The notes beneath the pieces were generated by a model. The model worked only from the letters and a program-made list of their open reading frames with translations, searched no databases and was not told the DNA's origin. A DNA stretch of 64,000 nucleotides from Macrostomum hystrix (lineage: Eukaryota; Animalia; Platyhelminthes): assembly GCA_950097015.1 (NCBI GenBank), contig CATNEN010000030.1, positions 1,240,001 to 1,304,000 on the forward strand, in the 5' to 3' direction. The position numbers and the translations under genes are program-made. Position 1 is the stretch's first letter. The number at the start of each line of letters is the position of its first letter. Of the stretch, positions 1-12,117 are shown one piece after another.

Positions 1-33
1 TCCTTTAAAATGCCTTTAATGTCTTACAGCCCA

Positions 34-2283
34 ATGGATGCTAAGATAAAGCCGAGTGCGGCCACTTTGGCGGCAATCAATTTCGCGTCTGGTGGTTTTG
101 CCGGCTTCGTTGAAGTTTGCATTATGCATCCGATTGATCTAGTCAAGACTAGATACCAAGTCTACCCAGATACCAAGGCCAGCATTGTGACCTGTTTCAG
201 AGATATGTACAAGGCAGAAGGGTGTGTACCATTACCATATACTGTGCTGGCAATATTTAATTCGGATTAAAAAATCTGGTTGTTATTTGTCATTGCAGAT
301 TTCTATCCTATTACAAAGGTATTTTACCACCGCTGCTTGCTGAAACGCCTAAGCGGGCTGTTAAGTTTTTCACATTTGAAGAGTACAAGCGGCTATTTAA
401 AACTCTTCCAATATCGTCTCCATTGGTGGGCCAATTTTCCTTATATTTTGTCACTACTAACAGTAGAATTAGTTGCATTTAGTATCGTCATTATTTCTAG
501 GTCTACTCCGGAGCTGGCTTTATGTCTGGCTTCACTGAAGCATTTGTTATCAATCCGTTCGAGCGTGTGAAGGTTCTGCTACAGTCGCAGAGGCAGCAGT
601 ATGCGCTGGTGAGCTGGCTTACAGTCCACAGAAGAAGCCGATATGTATCGAAAACAATATTTTCAGAGCCGATGCTCTCTTATTTAATCGTGGCAGCTCC
701 TTGTTAATTGGACACGCGAAAGATTGCTGAACGGCTGATATATTGAATTTTTTAAATCATATTTTGAAAATCTTTTATGTTAAATAGTTCCCAAGATCCC
801 CGGAATTGGTGAAATTCCTTAAGTTTGCGAAATCCCCTAGGTTAAAAATATTCCCCCAGGTTTGAAAAATCCCCCGGGTTTGTAAGTTTCCGTAGGTTCG
901 GAAAATCCTCAGGTTAAAAATTTCCAAAGATTCGAGAAATTTCTTGAGATTAGAAAATTCCCAGGTTTGAAAAATGCCACCATTTTCGGAAATTCCCTAG
1001 ATTTGGAAAATCCACAGGTTCGAGAAAATCCGAAGATACAGAAAATCCCCAGGTTTGTAAAGTCCGCCATGATCGGAAAATTCCCGAGATTAGGGAAAAA
1101 TACCCAGGTTCGGAAAAGCCCTCATGTTCAGTAATTTATCTAGGTTTAGAAATCCCAGATATTTGAAAAATCCCAGCCCAGACTTTCCTAACTGCTGATT
1201 TCCGCAACCAACCCCGCCGCCGCCATCAATGCAGCAAGACTCCACCTGGGCCACTGTGCGCAAAATAGTTCGCACAGACGGCCTGGGCCTGCGCGGCCTG
1301 AACCTGGGCCTCACAGCCACCATTGGCCGGCACTCTGTGTTCAACTGCTTCTACTTCGGCATTTACTTCACCGGACTGGAGGCCACACGGTCGGCCGCTC
1401 TGCCCGGCCGGTGGGACATTGCGCGCAAATTCGGCATCGGATTCAGCGCCGGCACGTTGGCCTCCTGCATCAACATTCCCTTCGACGTGGCCAAATCCCG
1501 CATCCAGGGGCCGCAGGGCAAGATAAAATATCAGTCCTGCTTCCAGACTATTGGCCTGGTCTATAGGGAGGAGGGGTGAGTTCATCTGGGCTCTGGGATA
1601 ATTGAGGATCTGATGCTCACCTGATGGATCTGGGATAAATGAGGATCTGATGCTCACCTGATGGATCTGGGATCATTGAGGATCTGATGCTCACCTGATG
1701 GATCTGGGATAAATGAGGATCTGGTGCTCACCTGATGGATCTGGGATCATTAAGGATCTGATGCTCACCTGATGGATCTGGGATCATTGAGGATCTGATG
1801 CTCACCTGATGGATCTGGGATAATGAGGATCTGATGCTCACCTGATGGATCTGGGATCATTGAGGATCTGATGCTCACCTGATGGATCTGGGATCATTGA
1901 GGATCTGATGCTCACCTTGATAGGATCTGGGATCATTGAGGATCTGATGCTCACCTTGGCTTAGGATCTGGGATAATTGAGGATCTGATGCTCAACTGAA
2001 GGATCTGGGATCATTGAAGATCTGATGCTCAACTGAAGGATCTGGGATAATTAAGGATTTCATGCTCAACTGAAGGATCTGGGATTATTATGGCCTCACT
2101 AATTCTTATGAAGTGTTTTTTTTAGCCCTCATTAACGCTCTGATGATTGGACCTGCCCACAGCTGGCGGGCCCTGTACCGCGGCCTGATCCCCAAGATCA
2201 TTCGCCTTGGCCCCGGTGGAGCAATCATGCTGCTCGTATTTGAGTACACCTCCGCCTATCTGACCAGAACTCTGACCGCCTAG
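34..2283 (+). CDS. SLC25A21: Mitochondrial 2-oxodicarboxylate carrier, 5 exons, about 294 aa
   Basis: Exons 34-221, 299-425, 501-608, 1235-1575, 2163-2283, all GT-AG and phase-compatible. Carrier motifs HPIDLVKTRYQ, NPFERVKV, IPFDVAKSRIQ and YKGILPPLLAETPKRAVKFFTFEEYK match the SLC25A21/ODC subfamily. Confidence 0.93.
789..1190. repeat. Degenerate approx. 20-bp tandem repeat in SLC25A21 intron 3
   Basis: Recurring gaaaatcccc(a)ggttt(g/c) units. Confidence 0.75.
1583..2090. repeat. 37-39-bp minisatellite filling SLC25A21 intron 4
   Basis: Unit gatctgggatcattgaggatctgatgctcacctgatg, about 13 copies. Confidence 0.95.
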
Positions 2284-3533
2284 TTCAGTACGCCTAGATC
2301 GACTTCTCTGACACGAGGCCAAGGCCAAGGCCAAGGGGAAAAATGTATGGTTGTTTTTTTCTTATTTTATGATACTAGTTTGGCTATTAGCACACTCATG
2401 TTTATTAAATTCATTTTATTTTGATCTCCACATGATTTTTCGCGCAATTTACTAACTTTAAACGATGTGATTTCGTCACTTTAACCATGATTTTTGCTGC
2501 TGTGAGGCAATTCAGTCAAGAAATTACAAATACTGGTCTAAACCGAATTTTTTCATTATTGTGTTTTCTTTATGAAATATAAATTCACTTTGAGATTAAA
2601 CTTTTATTGATTATTTGTCAACGCCAAAAAACTTGATCTTCCATCTGATAACACGAAAAAAGATAACACAATTTGCGTGTCTCCTATTCTTTGAGTGCAA
2701 ACTCGGGAAAATCAGCATGTAAGCAGAGCCTCTCGTGACTGCAAATTTATCTTCGCAGCAATTTTCGGACGCAGTCTAAATTTGGAATCTCGTAAACCAG
2801 AATTGCACTCTAGATTAAATAAATCACATAGCTCACCGAGTGAGCAAGGGAAATCACTGGCCTAAACGAAAACTGGGCGATATGAGTAACCATGCTGCGC
2901 ATCGATTTAGTGATTAATGAGTCATTCGCTGTCGCGTGCTCACTGATGGCTTGGCGCAATTAAGGCCCATCTATTAGTGAATTTGGGGTTTCTGTTCCTG
3001 GAAGGATCCTGGCAGAGAGCTAGTGCCAAGCAATTAGCTAGAGAGAGAGCGCCGAGAGCCGCTATGGACTCAAACTCTTCTCTCGCGTCGGATAGCAGAT
3101 TCTCAAAATGAATCGGAAGCTTTTCGGCCTGAGGCTTGGCCTAAAACAGAAAAAAAACTAGAACTTTTCCCATCGCCCGTTTTCGTCTGTTGCTCTCATT
3201 GGCAACAGCGGAATCGGTGGCTTCCGGCCATTACTGGCACGCTGATCTAGCACTGCGCAGTCTGGGCCGCATCTGGGCCGCACGCCCCGGCCGGACTGTG
3301 GGCCAAGTGTTCTCTCTGCAGCCTATTTTAACGCGCGGAAGTCGACGGAGAAATCGGAAGCTCTCGGACGCTGAACGGATCGACAAGAGAAATATTGCTG
3401 CTCACAAGCTTCCAGCTTATCACTGCGCCATCAAGTAAGTTTGCGCTCATTTTTAATGCATGAAGCCGAATGCTTTATCGTAAAACGAGAAAACTCATGC
3501 TAGAGACGGATATCCGCTCCTGGAATTGACAGA

Positions 3534-4849
3534 ATGACGTCACTCCGGTGCCAGCTGCTGGTCTTGGCGGCGCTCCTGGCGCTGTTCTGCGCTGTCTCTG
3601 GCGCCGCCTACAAGAACCGGCGCTTCCAGTGCCCGCAGATGGGCATGGAAAACTGCACCTCAGATGACGGCCTCGCCTTCTTCGACGGCTGCAAGACGAT
3701 CGCCTGTATCGGCTGGCACTCAGGCCGCCTCCGACTCGAGCATGTGCCGTCGGGCTAGCAGCCCCGAGGAGCTGAGCCGATGCAGTCAGCTGAGTAATCG
3801 CCTTGAGCTCATTCAGAGTCGGGCCAAAGGCGGAGCGACTCCGGATGTGCTCGTGAGCTGCCCGCAGTTCACCAACTTGGACGTCTGCGCCACTGCGGAC
3901 CAGTTCTTCACCTTCAACGACGGCTGCAATGTGCACCTGTGCGACGGCTCCGGTGGGGAGTTTGAGCGAACCAACCATCGCTGCCCGATGGCCAACACTC
4001 CGGAGAAGCTGTTCTTCTGCAAGATCACGTTCAACTTGGTGGTGCGGGCGCACTCGACTCGGCATGCCTGCCGCGCCCAGGTAATGCGGCGATGCAGCAT
4101 GGGGGTCGATGGCACATTTTTATTAACTCAAATATCTTAGATGCAGTCAAAGAGTCCCATCTTACCATAGTCTCCGTAAGTCTCTGTAACAACTCAATCG
4201 GATAACTGCGCAGGCCGAGAGCGCCGATCGAATCTGCGAGGTCACCTGGCCAGGCTATCGGTTCGGCGACGCTTGCTACGGAGGCAACGACTTCGTCTGC
4301 GGTCCTGGTCGCCGTCTGCTGACCCGACCGCCCTCTGGGATGTGCCCGCTGGCCAGCGCCTCCGAGAGCATTAAGTGTCGCGAGGTGGCCTCCGAGATCG
4401 CCACCCTGCTGTCGCAGGATCGCGGCTACTCCTGCCCGGAGCTGCAGCGCTCGATCGTGTGCACCGAAGAGACCCGCGGCTTCGTGTACAACGACGGCTG
4501 CAACGAGGTGCTGTGCGAAGGTCCCGACGCCAGCCTGACCGAGGGCCTCGCCTGCAAGCTGCCCTTCGAAGCGTCGAACTCGGCCGGCAGAGACTTCTGC
4601 CGCCGACAGGCCGCCGAGGTGCACCGTCGGTTGGCCGCCTCCCGTCGTCACCACGGCCCCTGCGTGAGCGCCAGCGAGGCCTGCTCCGGCATGGCGGCCG
4701 AGGGCGAGAGCTACTTCGACGGCTGCAACTACTGCACCTGCCTCGGACCCGGCAGGTCGCAGTGCACCAGGCGCAGGTGCCTCGGCTTCTTCGGCACCGA
4801 CGCAGAGTTCGCGGCCCACTGCGCCACGGTGGCCACCCGACTGGAGTGA
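3534..4849 (+). CDS. Secreted Cys-rich protein with five pacifastin-like repeats (about 393 aa once a 1-nt frameshift is corrected)
   Basis: Signal-like N-terminus LLVLAALLALFCAVSGA. Exon 3534-4080, +1 shift between 3708 and 3744, GT at 4081, AG at 4212-4213, exon 4214-4849. Five repeats carry F/Y-x-D-G/A-C; the last reads CNYCTCLGPGRSQCTRRRC. A 5'UTR intron is likely at 3435-3532. Confidence 0.75.
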
Positions 4850-5410
4850 CGCTACTGACGCCTGATTTTTCACCAGTCGCGTTGAAGCGGGGATTCGTTG
4901 AAGCACTTTATATGATAGCTTTGACCCCCATGCAGCAAATTCATGTTTTTTTGGCAAGCAAGTAGAAATTCGGTATAATAAAGCACTTTAATCTGAACTC
5001 TGTTCCATAAACAAAGGTATTCCAGACCGCATACTTGATGTCAGACTGTGCTGCTTCATTCTGACAATACAGTTTGACTTTTCTCTGCGAGTCAGCATTC
5101 TTTTCAAATTTGTGTTTATGGGAAGTCGATAAAATCAATAATTTCTTGGCATGAAAATTACCAAAAACAACTGTTTTTCAATGTAGAATGTGCACGCTGC
5201 TCGCATAAATGAATTTTTTACAGGCTAGCTCTGAACAGCAGTCTCAGTTTTATGATTGAATATTGTTTAAGAAGCGTTGATCTCAATCTGATGATGTTCT
5301 AAGCTATACATATATTGTTTCCATGAAGTATGAGTGTTAATTGAATGATAAATTCATGTGTAGTGAAATCCATGGGAGCTGAACATAGATTGGCAGTAAA
5401 CAGTAGGCTC

Positions 5411-5773
5411 GGGGATCAGTGGCAGAGCGGTTAACGCGTTTGCCTCTCGCACCAAGGTCCCTGAGCTCGATTTCGCGGCGGAGCCACATTCATTTGGGGC
5501 GCAGCCGCGGAGAGAAGGCTTGGGGGCTTGTCATGCAATTTACGCCCTTGAGGGCCAACCTCCAAAGCACAGTGAAGTGTACACTGCATGACGATGAGAA
5601 AGTCAGGGCAGATGTACACACATGTGTGAGCGTATGCCTGCGTACGATATCTGTGTACGTGTGTGCTCAGGAGTCAGCAAATTGAAGTGTATTGCCTCCT
5701 CGCTGACTGCAGGTCTAGTGTCACCAAATAATGTGCCCTTGCCTTCAGGCCTCCTGCAATTATTATTATTATT
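5411..5773 (+). mobile_element. tRNA-derived SINE
   Basis: A-box tggcagagcgg, B-box-like gagctcgatttc, unrelated body, ends in an (att)n tail. Confidence 0.7.
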
Positions 5774-6802
5774 TAACCAAGTGACTCTAACCTACACTAG
5801 AAAGAAAATCACATCTCTGCAATAGACCCGTTTAAGATTGATAACAACACACTAAAGAACATCCTTCTTTCAAAATATACAATAGAACTATAGTTTAAGA
5901 ACTCCGACAGTGCGCTGTCGGATTAAAATATTTTCGAGTGTGTACGCGACGTTCTTTCGAATGGATGGCATTGAGCATTTGTTATGCAGTGTATTAGTAT
6001 GACTTTTTAGCGAATAGGATCTGACTCAATGGCGAATTGAGCTGTTTATTGAAATTATTTAAACTCTCAGCATATTCCATAGTTGAAAATGTGCCTGCAG
6101 AGATGTGCCTGTCTGATGCGCTATTACTTTATAATCCAGTTTACTAGCTTGACGCTAACTGAATGCTGACGGAGCCTATGGAAACTGCACGGTTCAGCTG
6201 GCAGTGCCATGTAGAGCATGCACTTTGTTATACGCGCAGAGCAGCCGCCATTTTAGTATAGTAGACTAGCTGAGCTGCTCCCCACACTGCCCATAGTCTA
6301 CGCTTTGAATTATTTACTGCTCAGTTCCTGAAAGTGAGTGTAGGAATTTCTCCTACTATCTTTTCCGACACAAATTAATATGTTACACATTAAGAATAGT
6401 CGGTAGCTCTCCGAGAGTTTAAGGTACAATTAATGAAATTGTTTAAGTTGTCGATAATGAGAACTCTTACATGAGTCTTGATAAATAAATAAAAAACAAA
6501 TACTTGCCTAGTTTACTCTAAGTTTCCAAATTCACATTGTACGCGTGCATCGGAGTATTTTAAATCCGAACATTTAGAAATATTGGGTGGCATACTTTCT
6601 TGCTGTTTGATAAAAATAATAAAGATTGGTTTATATTGCAGCGTTTAAATCCAATTTTTTTATCGTGACTTGAAGACTGAAATCGTATTTCAGCATTTGC
6701 TTCTTGTTGAGAAGTAATGGCAAAAAATACTTTTGATTAAACAATAATATTTCAGTGACGAGTAAAATAATGTTTTCTTTTGAAGAATCTTAATTCGATA
6801 GC

Positions 6803-7142
6803 TCACAGGAGCTCCAAATCGTCGATGGTCATCTTCATCTCGGCGGACAGCTTCTTCTGCTCCTGTGCTGTCGTATTCTTCTGCGCGCCACCCGAAGAAG
6901 AACTGGCAACATCCGTCAGCTGCTTCTCTTCGAATTCTCGTCGTCTGGGCGCCGCCGGCTGGCGTTTGTCGTTGACGCCTACGACTGAGGAGTCGCTTCC
7001 GCCGCCTGCGTTCTCGGTTCGCTGCTGCTGCCCGCCGCTACGAGCCGAGGCCAGTCGCTCGGCGCTGTTGTAGCCCGACACCTGCACAGAGCTGCTCTTA
7101 TAGTTGTAGGACATCTGGCTACAGCTGGCGTGTGGTCCACTC
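6803..7142 (-). CDS. Orphan exon or ORF of unknown function (103 aa from ATG 7114)
   Basis: GC-rich, with G/C-ending codons, in AT-rich surroundings. Acceptor aacttcag at 7143-7144; no recognisable domain. Confidence 0.4.
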
Positions 7143-8123
7143 CTGAAGTTTTACTGGCCGTATCAATGGGGGCACTTAGAGACTGAGGGCAGGTGCTTGA
7201 GGGGATGCAACTCTGTTAAATCCCATTCTCCCAGCCAAGCCCAGCGGGTCGGCCTATTGAAATTTTTGTCAGTTGCCGGTTGGAGGGTAAGGATAGTTTC
7301 TGTGTCTCCCCTCCTCCTTACCCCCTCATCGATGAATAATAGCTGAGACGCTGACTGCAGTGCGAGATCTTCAATCCTGATCCTAACAACGGAGGTTCAG
7401 CTATATACTTGTAATTAGAAACAGCTGAAAATTCTGGCTACTTCCTTCACGACGGTCCTGCGCTGTGCGCTGTGCACAAAAGTACACGGTGTAAGAGTTG
7501 GTTTATAGTCAAATATGTTTCTGCTCCTAATGTGGCTTATGGCACAATGGCATCCAGTTCAATACGAGCTATCGATTAATACTTTTGCCATTTCATCAAT
7601 TTTTTAAATCAGAATTAAAGGTAGAAATTAAAAAACTAGTTCTTTTGCGCCAAGTCACGTAGAAAATAATGCATAATTACGCTTTAATGTCTGTGATTCA
7701 GGATTGAGAGGCCATTCACCGCTTGTTCTTACTCATCAAAGGTCTGACCAGTAGTTTATGAGCTCCCTCATGGTCCATGAACTGGAGTTCACGAGCTCAC
7801 CCAAGGTATTTTGTAGTTTCATAAAAAAGTTAAGCAGACTAAATTAAATCGATAGGAAATCTAATCGTTTTAAACATTTGAATGCACGACTCGTAACGAG
7901 TTAGTGACTCGCTTTGTTTAACTTTTTGTTTTTTAAATTGTTAGAACACTAAATAGACGCCTTTTACGCAAATTCGGTAGTCAAACAAACAAAGAAATAT
8001 AGAGCAGACTTTGATAAATAAAAAACACAGAGCAGGGTCTCTGAGTATTTCAGTCCTTTTTCAACTCAGTCAGCGAAGATAGTAAATTCCCGATTTGACA
8101 CCCCAAATAAGGAGCTAATGAGT

Positions 8124-11100
8124 TCACGACGGCCGGCCATTGTTGCTACCCAACACCTGTTGCTCAACAGGCACCGTCAGGTCCAGCTTGGTGACCTCTG
8201 TCGGCTCGCTCATGCCCATACCGCGCAGGCCAGCATAGAACACCGACGGCTTTGGCACGCTGGTGTGGCCGTCCCGCTTCGTCTGAGTCTCCTGGTCCTT
8301 CGGCGGATAGACCTGGGCCACATTGTCCCTGCGCAGGTTGCTCAGGTTGGTCTGCTGCGAGTGGGTCACCTTGGTGCGCAGGTTAGCCTGTGAAATGTAA
8401 AATTGTTCTGGTTTTATTACAAAGCCTTTTATAATTTTAATTTTCGAGTCCTTACCACGCTACTGATTAAGTAGAAATGGCAACATTTTGTACATTGTTT
8501 ATAAGTAATTATTAATAATAAATGCTTTACGAGTTTGATAGCCTTTCTGCGCAGCTCCCATTCGTTCCACTCGTAGGACTTAACAATGTTTGAGTCCATG
8601 AAGTGAGTGTCAGTCTCCGTCTGCGCGTCGCACTTCGTGACCGGCTTCTCGATCATCTTGCCGGCGTCCCTGGACTGCGGGAGCGAGGATTGTTGCTTGA
8701 GTTGAGTCGCCGGATCCCTAGGGATTCTGCAGGCTTTGCGTCAGAATCAAAATGCTTTATAGGTACAGAGAGCAAGGGACCGTTATTTTAAGAAATAAGC
8801 GGAGAAAACGTATCGAAATATTCCCTTTCGTGCACCCAGCTCAATGAATTTCCGCTTGTACGCTCCTACATTAGACCTCAGGGAATCCCGTTTCTAAAGG
8901 AATCTCTGAAGAAATTCCGTAATGTACATTCAAGCTCAAGGAATTCCTGAATGTACATTCAAGCTCAAGGAATTCCTGAATGTACATTCAAGCTCAAGGA
9001 ATTCCTGAATGTACATTCAAGCTCAAGGAATTCCTGAATGTACATTCAAGCTCAAGGAATTCCTGAATGTACATTCAAGTCAAGGAATTCTGGAATGTAC
9101 ATTTAATCTCAAGGAATTCCGCAATGTACACCCAAGTTCAAGAGAATGATACATTTATATATTACTTATTTGGGGGGAGACGAAATCCTTAGTCGTGTGT
9201 TTTCTGATTTATCAGGAGCCATTCTTGTTTATTTACTGCTCATTAGTTTTTCATGCTTTCATTCCTCTGTTGGCGGTGACGTGAAATTCTCCTACCTGAG
9301 AGTGGGGCGTCAGTGCGGCAAACTGGCTGTGCAGCTCCAGGATCTGGATGAGCTCCGGACTGCGCCTAGCCGCGTTTGCGACACTGGTGATGAACTCGTC
9401 CGGCTGACTGGCGAACTCGTAGGCGGCCTTCCGGCTGGAGAACACAAAGTAATTATTCCTGTAGTGCAGGATGCCCACGCTGGGATTTCCTGGGATCAGC
9501 AGCCGGTCGAATGCCACCAGGGCCCAGGCGCAGTAGCCTCGGTACATCACCGGCAGCCGGCTGTAGTTCTTTGTGGTCTCCGGGAACAGCCATTCGCGGT
9601 CGCGGAAGTCAGATGGATTCACGCGCTCGCCTGGGGCCGAGGCGGCCTCCAGACGCTGCTGATCGGAGCGAACTTCGCCTACTTCGGCTAGGAAAGGCGC
9701 CACAATGTCCGGCTTGAACAGGTCGCGATGGACGCGGCTGAATGCGTCCAGGTTGTTCAGGATGTTGGTTAGTACAGACAGCAGAACCATTTCGTCCTTT
9801 AGAAATGAATAGTTTTTGGCGTGATTGTTTTCAAGGGAGATTTTAGCCTAAGTAGTTAGAGCTTCGGATATCTGACCAGCCCATGGACTGAACAGCTGTA
9901 CACAGCATTTGATAGCACATTTGAAACTGCTGGGCTGTGTCGACTGGCTGTAAATCTGATCTACGAGTCGTAAATATCTACTCTGCATTCTATGTCGTCA
10001 CATTCGATACATTCAACTGACTTTAATCAATCAATATCATATTGCGGGCATTTGAAGCTAGCTAGACATACAGCCTAACTAAGTATTCGCCACATAACCT
10101 GCCTCAGTCAGATAAGCTAAGCGATACCTGAAAGCCGCTCCAGATTTCTGACAGGTGCACGAACTGCGGGTAGACCTGGGCTGTGGGCACCGCTGTCTTG
10201 CTCTGCACCGTGTTCTGCAGCTGCTCCAGCCTCGCCTGCAGCTGCTGCATCAGCTGCTCAACCTGATCAGCTGAGCGAATCACGTCGCCAAGCAGCACCT
10301 TGAGGAAGACCTCGGCCTGGCGACAGTTGATCAGCGACTCTCGCAGCAATTCTAGCGACAGGCCGACATCAACGCCTGGCTTCTGTGCCTTCACAGCCAG
10401 GCTCTCGAATCAGCGCCGCGTACTGGGCGGCCGTCTCCTGAACCCGGCCGATCTCCTCGTCCAGGCTGTGTGTGGTAGCCGGGATGCCTTCGTTTAGGAA
10501 CGACGGCAGATCGTCGATGCCCTCGCCGCCTTTGCCGCAGTCCTTGTTGAATAGGCGGATGCCGCTAACAATGGCTGTGAGCTCCTGCAGGTGGCGCTCC
10601 TTGTCTTTGCGCGGCATCTGCATGAAGGCGCCGAGCTCCGACTGCGGGAACACCGACTGCAGTGCCGCTGTGGCCTCGCGCACCACGTTGATGTCAGTCG
10701 GCGAGCCGAGGCCAGACTGCAGCAGCACGGCTGACACGATCTTGCGGTAGAGGCTGTCCAGCTCATCTCGGGTGCGGGCTCGCGAGTCGGTGATTTCCCG
10801 CACAACAGGCATGAGGCGCGACTTCATAATGCGATGATGCTCCTCGAGGAACTCACGCCTGGCCGTGTAGTTCATATCGAAGAACACCTGCATTTTGATT
10901 GTGTCCAGTGATGGCGACTTGGCATCCATCAGTTTGTCTACGCACAGCTTGATGAGCTTCTGCACATCGTCACGCGTCAGGGTCTTGTCAGTGCTGAAGT
11001 CGTTCCTGGGGTCAAGCACCACGGCTTTAACCATGAAGGCGACGAGGGTCTCCGACACAGCTTGACCGCGGGAGGCGCACTGCTGCGCGATCTCCCTGAT

Positions 11101-11139
11101 GATGTTCTTGATAACACTTTCGGCTTGGGCTCGAGACAT
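8124..11139 (-). CDS. CFAP206: Cilia- and flagella-associated protein 206, 4 exons, one 1-nt frameshift near 10408
   Basis: Exons 11139-10128, 9796-9296, 8674-8531, 8387-8124. MSRAQAESVIKNIIREIAQ, SETLVAFMVKAVVLDP, SLDTIKMQVFFDMNYT, SKTAVPTAQVYP and SYEWNEWELRRKAIKL match CFAP206/C6orf165. Confidence 0.92.
8921..9145. repeat. 29-bp minisatellite in CFAP206 intron 2
   Basis: Unit aatgtacattcaagctcaaggaattcctg, about 7 copies. Confidence 0.93.
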
Positions 11140-12020
11140 TTTAATGCTGCAATGCAAATTTTTTGAAATTTTTTAGCCAAAATGCGGTTTTTTATCAAAA
11201 GTTTTTGTTATTTGAATCTTGACTGTTAATGGTAATCTTATGACTTTCTATGCTTACAAGTATTATATTATTGTCCAATTTCAAAGTGTGTTTTTTATAT
11301 TTATAATTGATTACCAAGTTCTCTTCAACAAACTTAATTTTTGTGTTATACTTTCAAAAAAACAAGTAAAAAATCGCACAGTCAGAAGCAAGTAAGAGCT
11401 GAGGTTTCTAAAATACATATTAAATCTACATTTAGTTCGAAGTCACTGTTTCAGTATCACCTTCAGGAGTAAAGATCTTTCAAAAGCGTTCAAAGGCATT
11501 TATTACATGTGTTTATTCGAAAAAAATTCACTTGAAAATCAAAACAATATAAATAGTACTGTGAATTGGATAATATTTATCATATTGTCAAATAGACTTC
11601 TCTTAAATTCAAACGTCTTCAACAAAAAAATAAAAATAAGCGTCAATCGTCCTAAAAAATTGAAACTTAAACATTTTAATGCCTTAACGTCTTGTGTTGT
11701 TTTATCGAGAATTATATTTGTCAGTCATTAAGCGAGCCACTTACTTTGATCATTGAGTAAAAAAAGTCGTAGAGATATGTAACAGATTTACTTTTTATAT
11801 AGAATCCCTACTAAAAAATAAATTCTGAATTTGTTTCAAATTAAAAAATAACGCTTACTCTGTACCTAGGTGGTTAGAAACGAAACTAGTTATAACAAAT
11901 ATAACCATGAATCTAAGTAAATAAGATTAAGTCACTTTTATTTCGGATCTCAGAAACTACAATGTAAAATATATATGTATAAAGTAAAGTTCACTGCTAG
12001 GTGCAAATAATGCTACCCAG

Positions 12021-12117
12021 CAGTTGCTAAGTCATTTTCAAGTTTGATTTCAACTATGCGAACTTAATTAAAGCTGCGAAGGCGATTTACAAATACTTCA
12101 CTTTGACTTAGCAACTG
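12021..12117. promoter_or_regulatory. Inverted pair of RFX X-box-like sites in the CFAP206/DNAI1 divergent promoter
   Basis: cagttgctaagtca (12021-12034) and its exact reverse complement tgacttagcaactg (12104-12117). Each carries a GTTGCT/AGCAAC X-box half-site, and the second ends 20 bp before the DNAI1 ATG. Confidence 0.55.

Noticed and set aside
10-33. Upstream in-frame ATGs at 10 and 19 as the SLC25A21 start
   Set aside because: An acceptor-like ttacag at 24-29 and typical carrier length favour ATG 34; not provable because the window starts here.
3475-4965. Overlapping ORFs of 196-308 aa on both strands over the Cys-rich gene
   Set aside because: Shadow ORFs expected in GC-rich coding DNA; no motifs.
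5411-5490. Possible tRNA gene (also 40407-40480 and a B-box fragment near 52395)
   Set aside because: A and B boxes are present but there is no paired acceptor stem, and SINE bodies follow.
3705-10420. Programmed +1 frameshifting as a shared mechanism for the two shifts
   Set aside because: No common slippery sequence or shift-site stop codon; assembly indel or null allele is simpler.
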